A stretch of 64,000 nt of DNA from Sedimentisphaerales bacterium. GTDB lineage: Bacteria > Planctomycetota > Phycisphaerae > Sedimentisphaerales > SM23-30. The DNA lies in NCBI GenBank assembly GCA_963666285.1, contig OY762711.1; one strand, given 5' to 3'. The notes beneath the pieces were generated by a model. It worked only from the letters and a program-made list of their open reading frames with translations. It was not told the DNA's origin and made no database searches. Each line of letters starts with the position of its first letter. The stretch's first letter is position 1. The position numbers and the translations under genes are program-made. Shown in pieces: positions 61,042 through 64,000 of this stretch.

Positions 61042-62040
61042 CTATTTGCAAAATTCCACGATAAATTTTTCCAGTCCAAACTTTATGGTACCTCCACCTG
61101 ATTTAGTGGCATAATCGATTTCAGTCAGTCGTTGTATCGCATTGGCTATTTTTCCGCCATTCATAACACTGACCAGCTTCATAAATGATTCTTTATTGTG
61201 CCATACACCGGCAGCCCTGGTTATTTCAAATGGCGGCATTTTCTGGCTGTACATTACCCTGGCTTTATACAATTTTCTAAAATACCAGGCAAAAGCACCA
61301 ACTGCACTGAATTCTGCATCCTTATTTTTTGCCAGCATCTGGTCTAGCAGGTTGAGAGCCAGCGGAGTATTTTGCTGTGAAATTGCATCTATTACATTAA
61401 AGGCATCATACTGGCGGTTATTTCCGACCAGCTTCTCGATTTCGTCCTCAGTTATTTCTGTTTTCCCGCTTCCTATCAGAAATGCGGCAAGTTTGTCGAT
61501 TTCGTTTATCAGCTGACCTGAACTATTGCCGACCAGTTCGATAAGTAACTCTGCTATAGATGGTTGTATTTTTAACTTATGCTCTTTTTTTGCATAATCG
61601 GCAACGAATTTAGGCAGCTCTTTTTCGGTTAGTTCTTCAAACTTACATACCCAGCCAATTTTGTCTGACTTTTTGGCAAGTCTCGTATTACCCGGAAAAC
61701 TCTTCATATGCAGCATCAGAATTCCTGTTGCTGAGGGTTTTTCCAGGTAGGTTTCCAGTTTATCCCGGTAAGCAGACACAAATTTATCGGCATCTGTAAT
61801 AATCACCAGGCGGTATTGAGATAAAAACGGCATCGTCTGCAAATCATCAATAACTTCCGGAAAAGCTGCCTTTTCTCCGTCATGAGTCGATACCACCAAT
61901 TGCGGATCGTCTTCTCCGGTTACCATATCTGTTATATAGTGAGAGATGTCAATCATTCTTCGTCTGTCTTCACCGCTCAAAACGAAAATCGGGTAGAGCT
62001 TGTCAGGTTTATCAGCTTGTATTTTCTTTGTTTTTGCCAT
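61042..62040 (-). CDS. holA: DNA polymerase III delta subunit
   Basis: TMPFLSQYRLVII, NEIDKL and IDYATKSG patterns; typical length. Confidence 0.8.
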   Translation of the reverse strand: MAKTKKIQADKPDKLYPIFVLSGEDRRRMIDISHYITDMVTGEDDPQLVVSTHDGEKAAFPEVIDDLQTMPFLSQYRLVIITDADKFVSAYRDKLETYLEKPSATGILMLHMKSFPGNTRLAKKSDKIGWVCKFEELTEKELPKFVADYAKKEHKLKIQPSIAELLIELVGNSSGQLINEIDKLAAFLIGSGKTEITEDEIEKLVGNNRQYDAFNVIDAISQQNTPLALNLLDQMLAKNKDAEFSAVGAFAWYFRKLYKARVMYSQKMPPFEITRAAGVWHNKESFMKLVSVMNGGKIANAIQRLTEIDYATKSGGGTIKFGLEKFIVEFCK

Positions 62041-62198
62041 AAGTATCGCTTTTACAGTATTTAACAGATGGTGGGCAGTTTTACTCTTAATAGCTGTTTT
62101 CTGTCAGATTATATTAGATACCAATACAAACAGCAACCACAAACGAAACTGAATCAAATATATTGGCTTCAAATTAAATATGTTTTCAAAAAATATAT

Positions 62199-62250
62199 TT
62201 GACATTAAGGATTACATGTGTAATACTTTGATTAGTATTACAAGTGTAAT
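62199..62250 (+). promoter_or_regulatory. blaI promoter with two BlaI/MecI-type operators
   Basis: TTGACA at 62199; palindromes ATTACAtgTGTAAT (62211-62224) and ATTACAagTGTAAT (62237-62250) match the TACA-N2-TGTA operator consensus. Confidence 0.8.
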
Positions 62251-62272
62251 CTTAACTGATCGAGGTAGCATT

Positions 62273-62650
62273 ATGGATAACAAACCAAAGATATCGGATG
62301 CCGAGTGGCAGGTTATGAAAGTGTTATGGGAGAAATCTCCAATTTCTGCAAATGAAATTATTGAACAGCTTGAAGGCGAGCAGGATTGGAAGCCAAAGAC
62401 GATCCGTACATTGATCAATCGTCTGGTCGGTAAAAATGCTGTCCGGTATGACAAAGACGGCCGGCAGTATCTGTACTATCCTGTTTTGCCCGAAGAAGAC
62501 TGTATTCGAGAAGAGACAAAGTCTTTTTTAAGCCGAATTCGAGGCGGGGCGCTTAAACCAATGCTTGCCGCGTTTATTGAGGAGCAGAAATTAAGTAAAA
62601 ATGAAATTGAGGAACTGAAACAGATTCTGGAAAAGAAAGAAGGGAACTGA
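62273..62650 (+). CDS. blaI: BlaI/MecI/CopY-family repressor
   Basis: ISDAEWQVMKVLW, WKPKTIRTLINRLVGK; GAGG RBS before the ATG at 62273. Confidence 0.9.
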   Translation: MDNKPKISDAEWQVMKVLWEKSPISANEIIEQLEGEQDWKPKTIRTLINRLVGKNAVRYDKDGRQYLYYPVLPEEDCIREETKSFLSRIRGGALKPMLAAFIEEQKLSKNEIEELKQILEKKEGN

Positions 62651-62651
62651 A

Positions 62652-64000
62652 ATGGAATCTTTTATTAATGATATTGCACCTGTTTTTCAGTGGCTGGTCA
62701 AATCTACCTTACAGGCTAGTGTGGTAATCTGTATTGTGCTGGCTGTAAAAATTCTTCTGGCCAAAAAACTCACTCCACGCTGGCATTATATTCTGTGGAT
62801 GCTGGTAATTGTAAAAATGGTTATGCCGGTCTCTATGCAGTCTTCTTTCAGTATATTCAATCTTATTCCAAACCAGAATACTGCTGGTACACATATTGAA
62901 ATTACCAAAGAGCAAGATGTAGCCAATTCCGTTACCAAAAAAGATTCTCTTGACGAGCAAACGTCACAGACATCACCGTTACCGGCACAAAACGAATCTT
63001 CTCTTACTGATTCAGGCGAAAGTTTTAATGATATTTCACAGCCGGTAATTGCACAAACTGCCGCACCTGTTAACGCAGCAGAACCAAAAATCACCACCGC
63101 AAACGAAAATAAACCGGTCATAATTGAGAATAATGATGATGAAAAATTGAAATCAGTTTTTGATCTGACAAATGTAAATAAGATTTTGTCTGTTAGCTGG
63201 CTTGCCGGAATGCTGCTCCTGGGAATATATGTTTTTGTAAGTAATTATAAATTATGGCGCATAATTCATGTACAGCGACCGGTTACCGATAGTAAGATAC
63301 TCGACCTGCTCGAAGATTGCAAAGCCCAGATGAAGATGCATGCATACCTCGCTGTGGTAGAAACCGACAGGGTAACATCACCGGCATTATACGGCTTTTT
63401 ACGGCCCAGGCTGCTGCTGCCCAAAGGCATAATCGGCAAACTTTCCAGCCAACAGCTGCGCCATGTATTCCTCCACGAACTCGCTCATCTCAAACGCGGC
63501 GATATCTACATCGGCTGGCTGACTGCCCTGCTCCAGACTCTCCACTGGTTCAACCCGCTGGTATGGTACGCCTTTTACAAGATGCGAACAGATAGAGAAC
63601 TCGCCTGTGATGAGCTGGCGATCAGTGCTATGAATTCTGGCGAAAATAATGAATACGGCAAGACCATCGTCAGCCTGCTCGAAGATTTTTCCGCGCCGCA
63701 ATATACCCCCGGCCTCGCTGGTATCCTGGAAGAAAAATCTCAACTTCGCCATCGTATTTCCATGATCGCAAATAACCGAAAAGGATCGCTGAGATTATCG
63801 ATGGTTGTTGCTGTTTTAATGGTGGTTATTGGTGTGGTATCGTTAACCGATGGCTTGGCAATATCAACCGTTGAACTGTCTCCCGCAACAGCCATGGAGC
63901 TGCCCGAAGAAATAAAGCCGATGGCCGAGGTTATTGTCAAATGGTACAATTGCTGTACAGCTAATGATGTTGAAGGTGTGCGAGATACTTTTCATCCTGA
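62652..64000 (+). CDS. BlaR1-like M56 metallopeptidase signal transducer (3'-partial; missing from the ORF track)
   Basis: MESFINDIAPVFQWLVKSTLQ...PRWHYILWMLV; in-frame LHELAHLKRGD, HWFNPLVW and RELACD; reading frame continues to the window end. Confidence 0.9.
   Translation, partial: MESFINDIAPVFQWLVKSTLQASVVICIVLAVKILLAKKLTPRWHYILWMLVIVKMVMPVSMQSSFSIFNLIPNQNTAGTHIEITKEQDVANSVTKKDSLDEQTSQTSPLPAQNESSLTDSGESFNDISQPVIAQTAAPVNAAEPKITTANENKPVIIENNDDEKLKSVFDLTNVNKILSVSWLAGMLLLGIYVFVSNYKLWRIIHVQRPVTDSKILDLLEDCKAQMKMHAYLAVVETDRVTSPALYGFLRPRLLLPKGIIGKLSSQQLRHVFLHELAHLKRGDIYIGWLTALLQTLHWFNPLVWYAFYKMRTDRELACDELAISAMNSGENNEYGKTIVSLLEDFSAPQYTPGLAGILEEKSQLRHRISMIANNRKGSLRLSMVVAVLMVVIGVVSLTDGLAISTVELSPATAMELPEEIKPMAEVIVKWYNCCTANDVEGVRDTFHP

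Overview
A 64-kb bacterial chromosomal segment, probably from a planctomycete (Phycisphaerae/Sedimentisphaerales-like). This is inferred from the GLUG-PASTA-dockerin-LamG exoprotein, a VPAPG-type PEP-CTERM protein, many glycoside hydrolases and a eukaryote-type UDP-GlcNAc pyrophosphorylase. It carries housekeeping genes (ilvC, uvrA, pdxA, folD, ispH, holA, ktrAB), CAZymes (GH78-like, GH2, GH127, AGE epimerase), a glycosyltransferase cluster divergent from a flagellin gene, arsR-arsC-mntP, an ECF sigma/anti-sigma pair and blaI/blaR1. Several genes are missing from the ORF track: a 25-aa bS22-like ribosomal protein, a 56-aa ferredoxin, a truncated four-helix-bundle gene and the partial blaR1. 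I found no rRNA, tRNA, CRISPR array, transposase or integrase. The most unusual signals are non-coding. (1) The flagellin gene is bracketed by a ~550-nt multi-helix, GGA-rich leader and a ~290-nt nested-helix trailer. (2) A GGA-hairpin RNA (CsrA-sponge-like) lies directly behind the bS22-like gene. (3) Modular, strand-polarised intergenic repeats (degenerate 7-mer tracts plus interchangeable hairpins) co-occur with two damaged Avd/IVP-like four-helix-bundle genes, one inserted between the sigma and anti-sigma genes. GC skew also appears to change sign across the window. All calls are by eye; no database searches were run.
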